Assembly: GCA_017853835.1 (NCBI GenBank)
Contig: JAFMIU010000004.1
Location: 15,143 to 79,142 of the forward strand
Reading direction: 5' to 3'
Length of the DNA stretch: 64,000 nt
Origin: Pirellulales bacterium
GTDB lineage: Bacteria > Planctomycetota > Planctomycetia > Pirellulales > UBA1268
Below are positions 26,630 through 36,542 of the stretch, one piece after another; within the stretch, counting starts at the first letter, position 1; each line of letters starts with the position of its first letter. Made by a program: the position numbers and the translations under genes. The notes under the pieces were generated by a model, which ran no database searches, had not been told where the DNA came from, and worked only from the letters and a program-made list of their open reading frames with translations.

Positions 26630-28891
26630 ATGACTGCGTGCTTCAGAAATCGCGGAGGGTTCTCCCAACTGCTCGCCTGCGGACTGACCGCAGTTGGTGT
26701 CATGGTCTGTGGTGCAGCCCGGGCCGACTCGCTCGTTCAGTTTCTGATCAACACCGCCACGACCGGCGCGACAACCATGCCCGGCTCGGTGACGACGGCG
26801 TCGGGGCTCACCTCGACACTGATGACCGCCAGCGGAGGTGCGACCACGACGGGAAACGCAACCTCGCCAGCCGGAACGTGGAACCGGACCTACATCGCCA
26901 CGCAGGCGACCGCCGCCGGCTCGCTCACGGCCGGTAACTGGATCACGTGGACCACCACCGCCTCGGCGGGCTATGAGTTCTCGTTCAATGGTCTTTCGGG
27001 GCTCCCCATCAACCGAACGACTACGGGTCCCACACAAGCCGCGTTGTTCTACAGCACGGATGGTGGCTCTTCGTTCCTGCAAACCGGCGGCAACTTCACG
27101 ACCTCCACGACCTTGACCTCGGCGGCAGCGACGTTTTCGACGACAATGTCGAGCACCCCCATCAAACTCGTCAGCGGGACGTCGGGAATCATCTGGAGAC
27201 TGGTGGGCTTTGGTTCGGGGACAAGCCGCATGGGCATCGGCACCTCCGACGCAATCGATTTCACGATGCTCGGAACGGTCGATCTGACCCCCGCCCTCAG
27301 CCTCACCTGGGCGGCGGCCGGCGGCACGGGCACCTGGGACACGTCCCCCGCCAACACCACCTGGACCAACGACTCGGGCGGTGCAGCCGCGGCCTTCACC
27401 AACGGCGACAACGTCACCTTTGGCGGAACGGGGGGCGTGGTGACCGTCAGTGGGAGCGTGGCGGCCGGCTCGATGGCCGTGACCAACGCGTCGGGTACCT
27501 ACCAGTTCACTGGCGTCGGCATCTCGGCATCAGGGGCCGCATCGAAGTCGGGAGGCGGCACGCTGGTGCTCTCGACGGCGGGCGTCTACGCCCAGGGCTG
27601 GCAGGTGACCGGAGGAAAGATCGTGCCCGACGCTGTCGGCGCACTTGGCACCGGGGTGATGACCGTCGACGGAGCGACGATCGCCGTGTCCAATCCCTCC
27701 GTTTCGAGCCTCACCAACGCCATCGCTCTGGGGGCGGGCGGGGCCACACTGGATTCCTCCGCAGACGTCACCTTCACGGGGGCCGTCAGCGGCAGTTCGG
27801 GCCGCCGCCTTGCCACGATGGGAACTGGGCGTGTCGCCCTCAGCGGTCAGTTTGGAACGCAAATTACCGCGCCACTCGAACTCGACCTCGCCTCGGGCAC
27901 CACGACGCTGTCCGGAGCGCAGAAGAATGTGACGGGGACCAACGACTGGACGGGCGCGGTGGAACTGGCCGGGGCGACGGTCCACCTGCATGCGGGCTCG
28001 ATCACGGGTGCCGGCACGATCACGAACACAAGCGGTACGTCACGATTCATCTCCAGACTCAACGCCGGACCCGCGTTGATCACCAACACCATCATCACGT
28101 CCGATACCCTCACGATCGAGAGCCCGAATGGAAACAACCGGCTCACGTTGTCGGGCCCCATCAGCGGGTCCGGCGGGCTCAGCCTCGTGGGCAATGGTCC
28201 CAAATCGCTCGATGGTGTGAACACCTACGACGGCCCCACGACGCTCAGTGCGGGCACGCTTCGCATCAACGGCACCATCAGCAACGCCAGCACCGTGACG
28301 GTGACGGCCGCCACGCTGAGCGGGCACGGTCTCGTCGATTCGGCAGCCACCCTTGGCAGTGGGGCGACGCTGGCGCTCGTCGACGGGGTCGGCGCCAGCG
28401 CGCTCACCTTCAACCAGGGGCTCGCGATGAACGCCGTGTCCACCACCCAGTGGTACCTGCTTTCCAACACCGCCTCAGGGTCGGCGGCAGGAACGGCGTC
28501 TGGCTTCTCGCAGGCGAGGGTCACGGGCGGCGATCTGACCATCCCGAGCGGCGCCGCGGTGAACCTGAACTTTTCCTATGTGGTCAGCGGGACGGAGACA
28601 TCGACGGTCGTGTGGAGTGATCCCTTCTGGGACACCAGCCATTCCTGGTCCATCGTCGATCGTTCCGGAGGCGGATCGTCGTCGATCACCAACTTCACGA
28701 TCGCCAACGCATCGTTCACCGACTCGACCAGCGCTCCGCTCGACACCCTGACAAGGGGTTCGTTCAGCATCAGCAACGACGGCCAAGACGTCTTCCTGAC
28801 GTTTACGGCCGTTCCGGAGCCGTCGCTGTCGGTGTGTGCTTCGGCCGTGTGCGGCTTGGGCATCTTCTTCGTCAAGAGAACGCGGCGGTGA
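26630..28891 (+). CDS. PATR-repeat PEP-CTERM surface protein, tandem paralogue of the preceding gene
   Basis: Signal peptide. The first ~560 aa are collinear with the 22549 gene (..TSP.(N/G)TWNRTY.., (L/F)(W/F)YSTDGG..F.QTGG, WDT.PANT.WTN..). C-terminal VPEPSLSVCASAVCGLGIFFVKRTRR. Confidence 0.85.
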   Translation: MTACFRNRGGFSQLLACGLTAVGVMVCGAARADSLVQFLINTATTGATTMPGSVTTASGLTSTLMTASGGATTTGNATSPAGTWNRTYIATQATAAGSLTAGNWITWTTTASAGYEFSFNGLSGLPINRTTTGPTQAALFYSTDGGSSFLQTGGNFTTSTTLTSAAATFSTTMSSTPIKLVSGTSGIIWRLVGFGSGTSRMGIGTSDAIDFTMLGTVDLTPALSLTWAAAGGTGTWDTSPANTTWTNDSGGAAAAFTNGDNVTFGGTGGVVTVSGSVAAGSMAVTNASGTYQFTGVGISASGAASKSGGGTLVLSTAGVYAQGWQVTGGKIVPDAVGALGTGVMTVDGATIAVSNPSVSSLTNAIALGAGGATLDSSADVTFTGAVSGSSGRRLATMGTGRVALSGQFGTQITAPLELDLASGTTTLSGAQKNVTGTNDWTGAVELAGATVHLHAGSITGAGTITNTSGTSRFISRLNAGPALITNTIITSDTLTIESPNGNNRLTLSGPISGSGGLSLVGNGPKSLDGVNTYDGPTTLSAGTLRINGTISNASTVTVTAATLSGHGLVDSAATLGSGATLALVDGVGASALTFNQGLAMNAVSTTQWYLLSNTASGSAAGTASGFSQARVTGGDLTIPSGAAVNLNFSYVVSGTETSTVVWSDPFWDTSHSWSIVDRSGGGSSSITNFTIANASFTDSTSAPLDTLTRGSFSISNDGQDVFLTFTAVPEPSLSVCASAVCGLGIFFVKRTRR

Positions 28892-31167
28892 TGGTCCGTC
28901 GATCGGAGCGATCGTGTGCGTCGGCCGGCGTGGCGGCCGTCAGCCTGCTGTCGGTCGCGCTGGCCGTGGCGAGGATCATCTCTGGGGCGGAGCGGGTTGC
29001 CGAGCCTGGTGGCTCGGCCCACTCGCCCCGCATGATCGACGTGGCGACCAAGCCAGGCGCGTCGTATGCACCACAGGCGACGACGACGCTCGAGGATCTG
29101 CCGACGATCGCTCTCGATGCGGATCTTGACACGTATGGCGGCATGGCATCGCGCCGCCTCGAGGCCACCGGCTTCTTTCGGGTGGCGCAGCATGCTGGCC
29201 GATGGTGGTTTGTCGACCCGGTGGGTGGTCTCTTCCTCAGCCGCGGTGTGAACTCCGTGACTCCCGGCCGAACGGACGGAAGCCGCTCGGCACTCCAGAA
29301 CACGTATGGGTCCCGCGCCGGGTGGGCCGACGCGACGTCAACCGTGCTCCGCGAGGCGGGATTCAACACGGCAGGCGCCTGGTCTGACCACGAAACCCTC
29401 GCCACGGTGCAGCAGCCGCTCGCTCACGCGCGGCTGTGGAGCTTTATGGCGGCCTACGGAAAACAGCGAGGCGGAACGTTTCAACAGTCGGGGCACGTCG
29501 GCTATCCCGGCGACTGCCCGTTCATCTTCGACGAGGCGTTTCCCGAGTTCTGCGCCGACCACGCCCGGAAGGTGGCGGCATGTCGCGACGACCCCACGAT
29601 CCTCGGGCATTTTTCGGACAACGAGATGCCGTGGAACCGCGGCATGCTCGACAGTTACCTCCGTCTCCCGGGTGATGATGCCGGCCATCGCGCAGCCCAG
29701 GCATGGCTCGCGGCGCGCGGCGGCAGCGAATCCGCGATCACCGACGACGATCGGGTGGCCTTCCTCGAGCATGCCGTCGACCGCTACCTGTCGATCGTTG
29801 GTGCGGCGATCCGGAAGGCCGATCCGAATCACCTGTTTTTTGGCGTTCGGTTTCATGAGCCCGTCTTCGACCTTCCCGAAGTGTTTCGGGCTGCCGGTCG
29901 CCACTGCGACGTGCTGGCGGTGAACTATTACCGTGCCTGGACCCCCGATGCCCGGCGGATGGAGATGTGGGCGGAGGAGTCGGGCCGTCCCTTCATGGTG
30001 ACCGAGGCCTATGCCAAAGGGGCGGACAGTGGCATGGGCAACACCGGTGGCGCCGGCTGGCTCGTGCGAACTCAGGATGAACGCGGGCTGTTTTATCAGA
30101 ACTTCCTCATCGGGCTGCTGCGTTGCCGAAACTGCATCGGCTGGCACTGGCATCGCTACGCCGACAACGACCCCGACGATCGAACGGTCGATCCGTCGAA
30201 TCGTGATTCAAACAAGGGCCTTGTGTCGGCCCGGTATGTGCCATGGACGCCGCTGATCGACAGGATGCGAGCGATCAACACCCGGGTCTATGGTCTCGTG
30301 GGTAGTTTTGATGGCCCGGAGAAGAAGGTGAAGAAGCCTCGCACGGTGGTGTTTCCCGACGACGTGCGGGTGGAACGCGACGTGGCCTATCTTCCCCCCG
30401 ATCGATCACAGAAGGCCGACCTCTACTTCCCGCTCGAACGTGTCGATTCCGAGCGGCTTCCGGCGGTGATCATCATTCATGGCGGAGGCTTCAACGACGG
30501 CGACAAGGATCGACGGCGTGAGATCAACATCGGCTCGCACCTGGCCCGCAACGGCTACGTGGGCATGAGCATCGACTATCTCCTCTGGTCCAAGGGCATC
30601 AAGAATCCCACGTGGCCCCGAAATCTGCACGACGCGAAGCAGGCGGTTCGCTGGCTGCGCCGCCATGCCGACGAGCTCGGCATCGACCCCGATCGCATCG
30701 GTGTGATCGGTGGATCCGCCGGCGGCAACCTCGCGGCCATGCTCGCCCTGACGGATCCGTCTGATGGACTCGAGCCTCCCGGGGACGACGACACCTCCAC
30801 GGCCGTTCGATGCGCGGTCGACCTGTACGGGGCGGTCGATCTCCTCAACTACCACGATGTGAAGATGCTGCTGGCCACGCGGGCGGAGGATCCAGACGCC
30901 TATCGTCGCGCTTCGCCGATCACCTACGCCAGCCGGGGTGACGCGCCCGTGCTGATCGTGCATGGAACGGGGGATACGGTGGTGGCGGTGAGCCAGAGTC
31001 GCACGCTTGCCTCGGCCCTGGACGCCGGCGGTGTCGAGCATGAGTATGTGGAAATCCCCGACGCGCCGCACACGTTCGATCTCGACTACGACGCCTTCGA
31101 CGTGAAGGGCGTGGTGCTCACGTTCCTTGACCGGCACCTGAAGCCATCGATGCCGAAGGCGCCGTAG
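28891..31167 (+). CDS. fusion protein: clan GH-A-like glycoside hydrolase domain + alpha/beta-hydrolase (esterase) domain
   Basis: The ATG overlaps the upstream stop (TGATG). The N-terminal half has FSDNE (acid/base-like NE) and MVTEAYAKG (nucleophile-like E) motifs. The C-terminal half has IIIHGGGF, GGSAGG and HGTGDTVV esterase motifs. Confidence 0.7.
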   Translation: MVRRSERSCASAGVAAVSLLSVALAVARIISGAERVAEPGGSAHSPRMIDVATKPGASYAPQATTTLEDLPTIALDADLDTYGGMASRRLEATGFFRVAQHAGRWWFVDPVGGLFLSRGVNSVTPGRTDGSRSALQNTYGSRAGWADATSTVLREAGFNTAGAWSDHETLATVQQPLAHARLWSFMAAYGKQRGGTFQQSGHVGYPGDCPFIFDEAFPEFCADHARKVAACRDDPTILGHFSDNEMPWNRGMLDSYLRLPGDDAGHRAAQAWLAARGGSESAITDDDRVAFLEHAVDRYLSIVGAAIRKADPNHLFFGVRFHEPVFDLPEVFRAAGRHCDVLAVNYYRAWTPDARRMEMWAEESGRPFMVTEAYAKGADSGMGNTGGAGWLVRTQDERGLFYQNFLIGLLRCRNCIGWHWHRYADNDPDDRTVDPSNRDSNKGLVSARYVPWTPLIDRMRAINTRVYGLVGSFDGPEKKVKKPRTVVFPDDVRVERDVAYLPPDRSQKADLYFPLERVDSERLPAVIIIHGGGFNDGDKDRRREINIGSHLARNGYVGMSIDYLLWSKGIKNPTWPRNLHDAKQAVRWLRRHADELGIDPDRIGVIGGSAGGNLAAMLALTDPSDGLEPPGDDDTSTAVRCAVDLYGAVDLLNYHDVKMLLATRAEDPDAYRRASPITYASRGDAPVLIVHGTGDTVVAVSQSRTLASALDAGGVEHEYVEIPDAPHTFDLDYDAFDVKGVVLTFLDRHLKPSMPKAP

Positions 31168-31212
31168 CGGTTGCGCGTGCGAACCCTGCCGTCGCAGACG
31201 CGATCGAGACGA

Positions 31213-32346
31213 TCATGGGGCGGGCGGCTCAGGGACCGCGTCGGATGGACGGGCGGCCCGCGCGGCCTCCAGCCGGGCGACGGCCCGGGCGCGGGCGGCC
31301 ATGGCCTCGTTGGCCCGGGGGTTGAGGGTGATTGCCCGATCGAACGCGGCGATGGCCTCCGTCCAGCGATACTGCCTCGCCCGCAGTCGTCCCTGGGCGG
31401 CGTAGGCTGCCGCGCTGTCGGGGTCGACCGCCAGCGCGGCGAGGATTTCCGCGTCGGCATCGTCCCACCGTCCCTTTTTCATCCAGGTCTCGCTCACGGC
31501 GAGGTGGAGCGACGCGTTGTCGGGGTCGGAGGCGAGGGCATCCTCGTAGAGCGGGTCTGCCTCGGCATCCTTGCCGCCGCGACGGTACGTGTTGGCGATG
31601 TTCATGAGCAGTTCGGCACGAAGCCCCGCCGCGTCGAGGAGCCTGATGCGGCGATGGAGTCCGAGCCGGTTGGACGGATCCGCGAGAGACCAGATCGCAC
31701 CCGTGCGACGGTAGGCCACGCCGAGCCGAAACGGTGATCCGCCGATCGTCATGCGTGGATCGATCATCCGCACCGTTCCGTCGGCCAGTCGCACGAGCGC
31801 CGCCACGTGGGTTTCGTACTCCGCCAGCGTGCCCTCCGCCGGAGTGAGCACCTCGATCGGCACCACATCGAGCCCGACGGCCCTGCCAACGATCCACCAC
31901 ACCTGGCAGAATCCGAGGCACTGCGCGCGTCGATCCGCCAGCACCTCGGGAAGGTGCCAGTGCCGCGTCGGGGCTCGGGCCTGGGCGAGGTCCTCGCGAA
32001 CCTTCCGATCCAGCGCATCGACCACACGCGACTCGGCGGCCGCCTCCCGGGCCGGCGAGCCACCCATCGGAGCCTGACGCGCGGCGGCACGTTCGGCCGC
32101 CATCGAGTCGCATCGCCAGCCAGCGACGAGGCCGTTGAGCCGATCGCCCACATCGGCGTCGTAGCCGAGCTGAATCGCCCCCTCGCGAATGGCCTCGGCG
32201 ACGGAGGCTTTTGTCGGCCTCTCCGCGGCCGAGAGCGACGGGCCGATGAGACCGCCGACCAGCACCACCACGGCGGCACGCATCGGGATCGGCAGGAATG
32301 GCAACTGTCGCATCTCTTTTTTGTACCACGACCGCGTTCGACGCAC
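31213..32346 (-). CDS. secreted TPR-repeat protein with transglutaminase-like Cys-His-Asp core (inferred)
   Basis: Signal peptide. RRAQCLGFCQ...THVAALV...MIDP has the spacing of a transglutaminase-like cysteine peptidase core. The C-terminus carries 3-4 TPRs (DPDNASLHLAVSETWMKKGRWDDA..). Start uncertain (32346, 32313 or 32283). Confidence 0.65.
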   Translation of the reverse strand: MRRTRSWYKKEMRQLPFLPIPMRAAVVVLVGGLIGPSLSAAERPTKASVAEAIREGAIQLGYDADVGDRLNGLVAGWRCDSMAAERAAARQAPMGGSPAREAAAESRVVDALDRKVREDLAQARAPTRHWHLPEVLADRRAQCLGFCQVWWIVGRAVGLDVVPIEVLTPAEGTLAEYETHVAALVRLADGTVRMIDPRMTIGGSPFRLGVAYRRTGAIWSLADPSNRLGLHRRIRLLDAAGLRAELLMNIANTYRRGGKDAEADPLYEDALASDPDNASLHLAVSETWMKKGRWDDADAEILAALAVDPDSAAAYAAQGRLRARQYRWTEAIAAFDRAITLNPRANEAMAARARAVARLEAARAARPSDAVPEPPAP

Positions 32347-32388
32347 CGGAGTAAACTGCTCCCCGATTCACCGGAAGGACAACTCGCC

Positions 32389-33324
32389 ATGCAGCTCGGA
32401 TTCGTATCTGCCATCCTCGCCGATCTTCCGCTCGAGGAGGTCCTTCGATTCGCCGCCGACGAGGGGTTCTCGTGCGTCGAGTTGATGTGCTGGCCCGTTG
32501 GCGTTGCGGAGCGAAAATATGCGGGGGTGACGCACGTCGATGTTGCCGCCTTCACGAAGGGGCAGGCTGACGACGTGCGCGGCCTATGCGACCGCCACGG
32601 TGTCGCCGTGAGCGCCCTGGGCTACTACCCCAATCCACTCGATCCCGATCCTGCGGTTGCGACGGTCGCCACGGAGCATCTTCCGAGGGTCATCGATGCC
32701 GCCGCGTTGCTCGGCGTGCGCACCGTCACGAGTTTCGTGGGGCGCGACTGGCATCAGACGGTCGACGACAACTGGCCGAGGTTTCTGGCGACATGGCGTC
32801 CGCTTGTCCGCCATGCCGAGGCGCGAGGGATCAGAATCGGCATCGAGAACTGTCCGATGCTGTTCACCCGCGACGAATGGCCGGGTGGAAAGAACCTCAT
32901 GACCACGCCGTCGATCTGGAGGCGGGCCTTCGCCGACATCGGCTCCGACGCCTTCGGGCTCAACTACGATCCATCGCATTTCGTGCTGCAGGGAATGGAT
33001 CCCCTCGGACCGCTCGAGGAGTTTCGCGACCGGCTGTTTCACCTTCATGCGAAGGACATCCGCCTCGACGGCCGACGCCTCGACGACGTGGGACGGTTCG
33101 ACTTTCCGAACCGGTGGCACCAGCCGCGGATTCCCGGCCACGGCGAGATCGACTGGCCGCGGTTCCTCGGGGAAGTGCGTCGGGTCGGGTTTGACGGCCC
33201 CGTCTGCATCGAGGTGGAGGACGACACCTTCGGCCGATCGCTCGAGGGCAGGATGCAGGCCCTGCGGGTGGCCCGCGACGTGCTCCGCCCCTTCTTTCCG
33301 CAGCCTCGTCACGCTGCTCCGTGA
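32389..33324 (+). CDS. sugar phosphate isomerase/epimerase (xylose-isomerase-like TIM barrel)
   Basis: MQLGFVSAIL...GFSCVEL...IRIGIENCP...LNYDPSHF...HLHAKD...CIEVED are typical AP-endonuclease-2/TIM-barrel motifs. Confidence 0.8.
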   Translation: MQLGFVSAILADLPLEEVLRFAADEGFSCVELMCWPVGVAERKYAGVTHVDVAAFTKGQADDVRGLCDRHGVAVSALGYYPNPLDPDPAVATVATEHLPRVIDAAALLGVRTVTSFVGRDWHQTVDDNWPRFLATWRPLVRHAEARGIRIGIENCPMLFTRDEWPGGKNLMTTPSIWRRAFADIGSDAFGLNYDPSHFVLQGMDPLGPLEEFRDRLFHLHAKDIRLDGRRLDDVGRFDFPNRWHQPRIPGHGEIDWPRFLGEVRRVGFDGPVCIEVEDDTFGRSLEGRMQALRVARDVLRPFFPQPRHAAP

Positions 33325-33328
33325 TCCG

Positions 33329-33826
<498 letters not shown>

Positions 33827-33858
33827 CGGCAGGTCACATCCCCACGTCGCGTGAACGA

Positions 33859-34938
33859 TCAGAGTGCCGTGAACGAGACATTTCGGACCCAGATCATCGA
33901 TTCGAAGCCCCCGATGAAGGCAACCCCGCCATGATCGAGCGTCTTGTCGCCGATGGCCTCCCCCATCTTTTCATCCGAGACGTCGGCAATCTTCCGATCA
34001 TCAACCCACACCCGGATGCGATGTCCCTTCACGTCGATCCGAAAGCGGTTGCCGTTCGCCCGGTCGAGGGCGACCCCATTGCCTGACGCCAGGACTCGAT
34101 GCCCATCCGAGGCGTTGTTGCCGAAACCCACAGGCTGGCGGCAGTAGTCGTTGTAGACACAGTCGAGGCTCCACCCCCCGTTTCCTTCGAGATTGAGCCG
34201 ATAACTGCTGCTGCCGCTCTCGTTCCAGCTCTCCTTGGCGTCGACGATGTGAAACCAGATGCCGCCGCCGTGAAACTCCGCCTCGAGGCCGTGCGGATTG
34301 AACGCCGGGTCTGGGCCCTTGACGCCAAACTCCGCCTCCACGCGGTAGTCGCGCCACTCCGGATTGCCGATGTTGGTCACGATCTCGGGGCTTCGGCCGT
34401 TGGCGAAGTGCCCATAGCTGTAGCCGTCACGGGCGCGGGGCAGCGACACGAGCCTGTCGCCTTGGATTTCGAAGGGAGTGCGCCAGGCCGTCCACCGAAC
34501 CCCGCCAAACTCGATCCCCCCCTCCCCCGGAGGCAGATCGCTTTCCCGCCAGGTGGCGAAGGTAAGCCGGTCGATGGTGTCGAACGTCGGCGCGAGCTCG
34601 CCGACGAGCGTCTTCAACGGAAAACGGTCGTGCGAGAGAGTGGCGGTGAGACGATCACCGTTGACGAGTTCGATCTGGAGCGACGCTCCCTTGTCCCACA
34701 CGTCACACCGACGAATCCGCGCCATCGGCACATCGAGCGTTGCAAACTCGAGTGCGAGGGGGAGTGATGAGATGGCCGGCTCTCCCACGAGCCTGGAACC
34801 GTCGCGAAGATCGACCGTGGCCCGGATGCGCAGCCCGGCATCGGGCGGCTCCCTGGTCGGCTGCTCATCCGCGGCGGCAGGGAACGCCAGCACGGCCATG
34901 ACGACGCCACCAAGCGATATCCATCGGTTTTTTTGCAT
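33859..34938 (-). CDS. secreted protein with concanavalin-like/DUF1080-like C-terminal jelly-roll (tentative)
   Basis: Signal peptide MQKNRWISLGGVVMAVLAFPAAA. C-terminal WRDYRVEAEF...HRIRVWVDDRKI...GGVAFIGG pattern. Confidence 0.6.
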   Translation of the reverse strand: MQKNRWISLGGVVMAVLAFPAAADEQPTREPPDAGLRIRATVDLRDGSRLVGEPAISSLPLALEFATLDVPMARIRRCDVWDKGASLQIELVNGDRLTATLSHDRFPLKTLVGELAPTFDTIDRLTFATWRESDLPPGEGGIEFGGVRWTAWRTPFEIQGDRLVSLPRARDGYSYGHFANGRSPEIVTNIGNPEWRDYRVEAEFGVKGPDPAFNPHGLEAEFHGGGIWFHIVDAKESWNESGSSSYRLNLEGNGGWSLDCVYNDYCRQPVGFGNNASDGHRVLASGNGVALDRANGNRFRIDVKGHRIRVWVDDRKIADVSDEKMGEAIGDKTLDHGGVAFIGGFESMIWVRNVSFTAL

Positions 34939-35060
34939 CGCTTACCTTTCCGACATCCTCGAGCAACTTTGGCGGCATTCGGTCGTTCCAAGGCATCATA
35001 CCGACGCCGCGGGGGGTGGCGTCAAAGCTGATCTCACCTTCTTGAACGGGGAACCTGGGA

Positions 35061-36451
35061 ATGCGTTTCACGACAACGGCCATCCTGCTGGCCTTGATGG
35101 CGTTCGGTTTGGCTTCGGCATCGTGGGGCGCGAGCATCAAGGTGGTGACCTCGGGGGGCCAGCGGCTACGAATGCGTGGACCGTGACCGATCCGGAGGTG
35201 GGCGATTACACGGTCACGGTCAGCGGGTATGCGGCCTACTCCCAAGCCACTGACTCCAGGTGGTTCTACCGCAACTCCTCGCAGACCGCCGAGAACGACG
35301 ACACCTTCTTCTGGCAGGTCTCGGGGCTCAATCCGTTGGCCACCATCACGAGTTTCTCCCTCGGCACGACCAAGATCGTGCCGGGCTCGGGAAGTGGCAG
35401 CACGTGGCTCTACGCGACGACCCTGTCGGGAACCGACGTCGCCACCTCGTCGGTTGTGGCGATGAGTGGCACGCTGGCGAGCACCGTGACTGTCACGCCA
35501 TCGCTGGCCATCTCGGGCACGTTTGGCAACGCCCCTCGTTTCAGCCTGCTCATCGATGAACAGGCCCCGCTCACCACGAGAACCGTCGGCACCTACGACT
35601 TTACGATCAACGCCGTGCTCACCGCTCCGCCCGGTCCCGTGGGCATCACGATCGACGTGGCTTCGGGCACCCAGACTCAGACCGAGGCGGGCTATCCGCT
35701 GCTCTCCGGCTCGGCGCCCGTTTTCAAGACGGGATCTGGAACGCTCGTGCTCAACCAGGCCAACACGCTCTCCGGAAGTTTTACAATTAAGTCCGGCGTC
35801 GCGCAGGTGGGAACGTTTGATGCGCTCGCCACGTGTCGCGTGATTCCGGTCGCCGGAGGCACCATGGCGCTGGCGCCCGGGCTTGCCACCACCGTCGGCG
35901 AGCTCGATCCAAACGCGGGCGGAATCATCGATGTCGGGAATGGGTATGTCACCGTTGCCGACGGACTCTCGGCGATCGACCTGGTGGCGGCGATCACGTC
36001 GGGGATGGGGGACGGCACGTGGAACGGATCAACCGGCATCGTTTCGTCGGCCGTCGAAGCCGACTCGGCCCTCGGGATCACGCGGGCGGTCGGCTGGGTG
36101 GACAACGGCGACGGATCGGTGGCGTTTGGCTACGCCGCCCCCGGCGACACCAATCTTGACTGGACGATCAACCTGCTCGATGTGGGCGGTTATCTCGGGG
36201 CAGGAAAATACGACAGTGGCGTCCCATCATCGTGGTCGGAAGGCGACTACACCTACGACGGTCTCGTCGACATCACCTACGTGGCCCTCTACCTCGGCAC
36301 GGGGCTCTTCGACGCCGGCCCCTACAACCCGCCGGCCGCGACGGGCGCAGGCGTGGCAGCGGTGCCGGAACCCGCCTCCTGGGGCATGGCCGCGATGGCG
36401 ACCGCGCTCGTGCTGGCGCGGCGATTGCGGTGCCAGAGAACCCCGAACTGA
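35061..36451 (+). pseudogene. PEP-CTERM surface protein with shared C-terminal cassette; apparent -1 frameshift at a G6 run (35153-35158)
   Basis: ATG 35061 encodes the signal peptide MRFTTTAILLALMAFGLASASWGAS, but this frame stops at 35186. The long ORF (34478..36451 frame) continues from the G-run one frame away, and adding one G joins them. C-terminal VPEPASWGMAAMATALVLARRLR. Confidence 0.65.
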
Positions 36452-36542
36452 CGTTGTGATCCGCGACCCCGGCTACACTACCGACCGTCGCGATCACGCG
36501 GCGATCGAATGAGTGTGGGTATGACAGACTGCAGGATGCCGC

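Noticed and set aside
31229-32371. A 380-aa ORF in a different frame on the same strand as the TPR/transglutaminase-like gene.
   Set aside because: It is an Arg/Gly/Pro-rich off-frame translation. The 31213..32346 frame gives a signal peptide, catalytic-core-like motifs and TPRs.
34478-35060. The upstream 194 codons of ORF 34478..36451.
   Set aside because: They are antisense to the 33859..34938 gene plus the intergenic DNA and have no signal peptide. The real N-terminus (a signal peptide) is in another frame from ATG 35061; see the frameshift finding.
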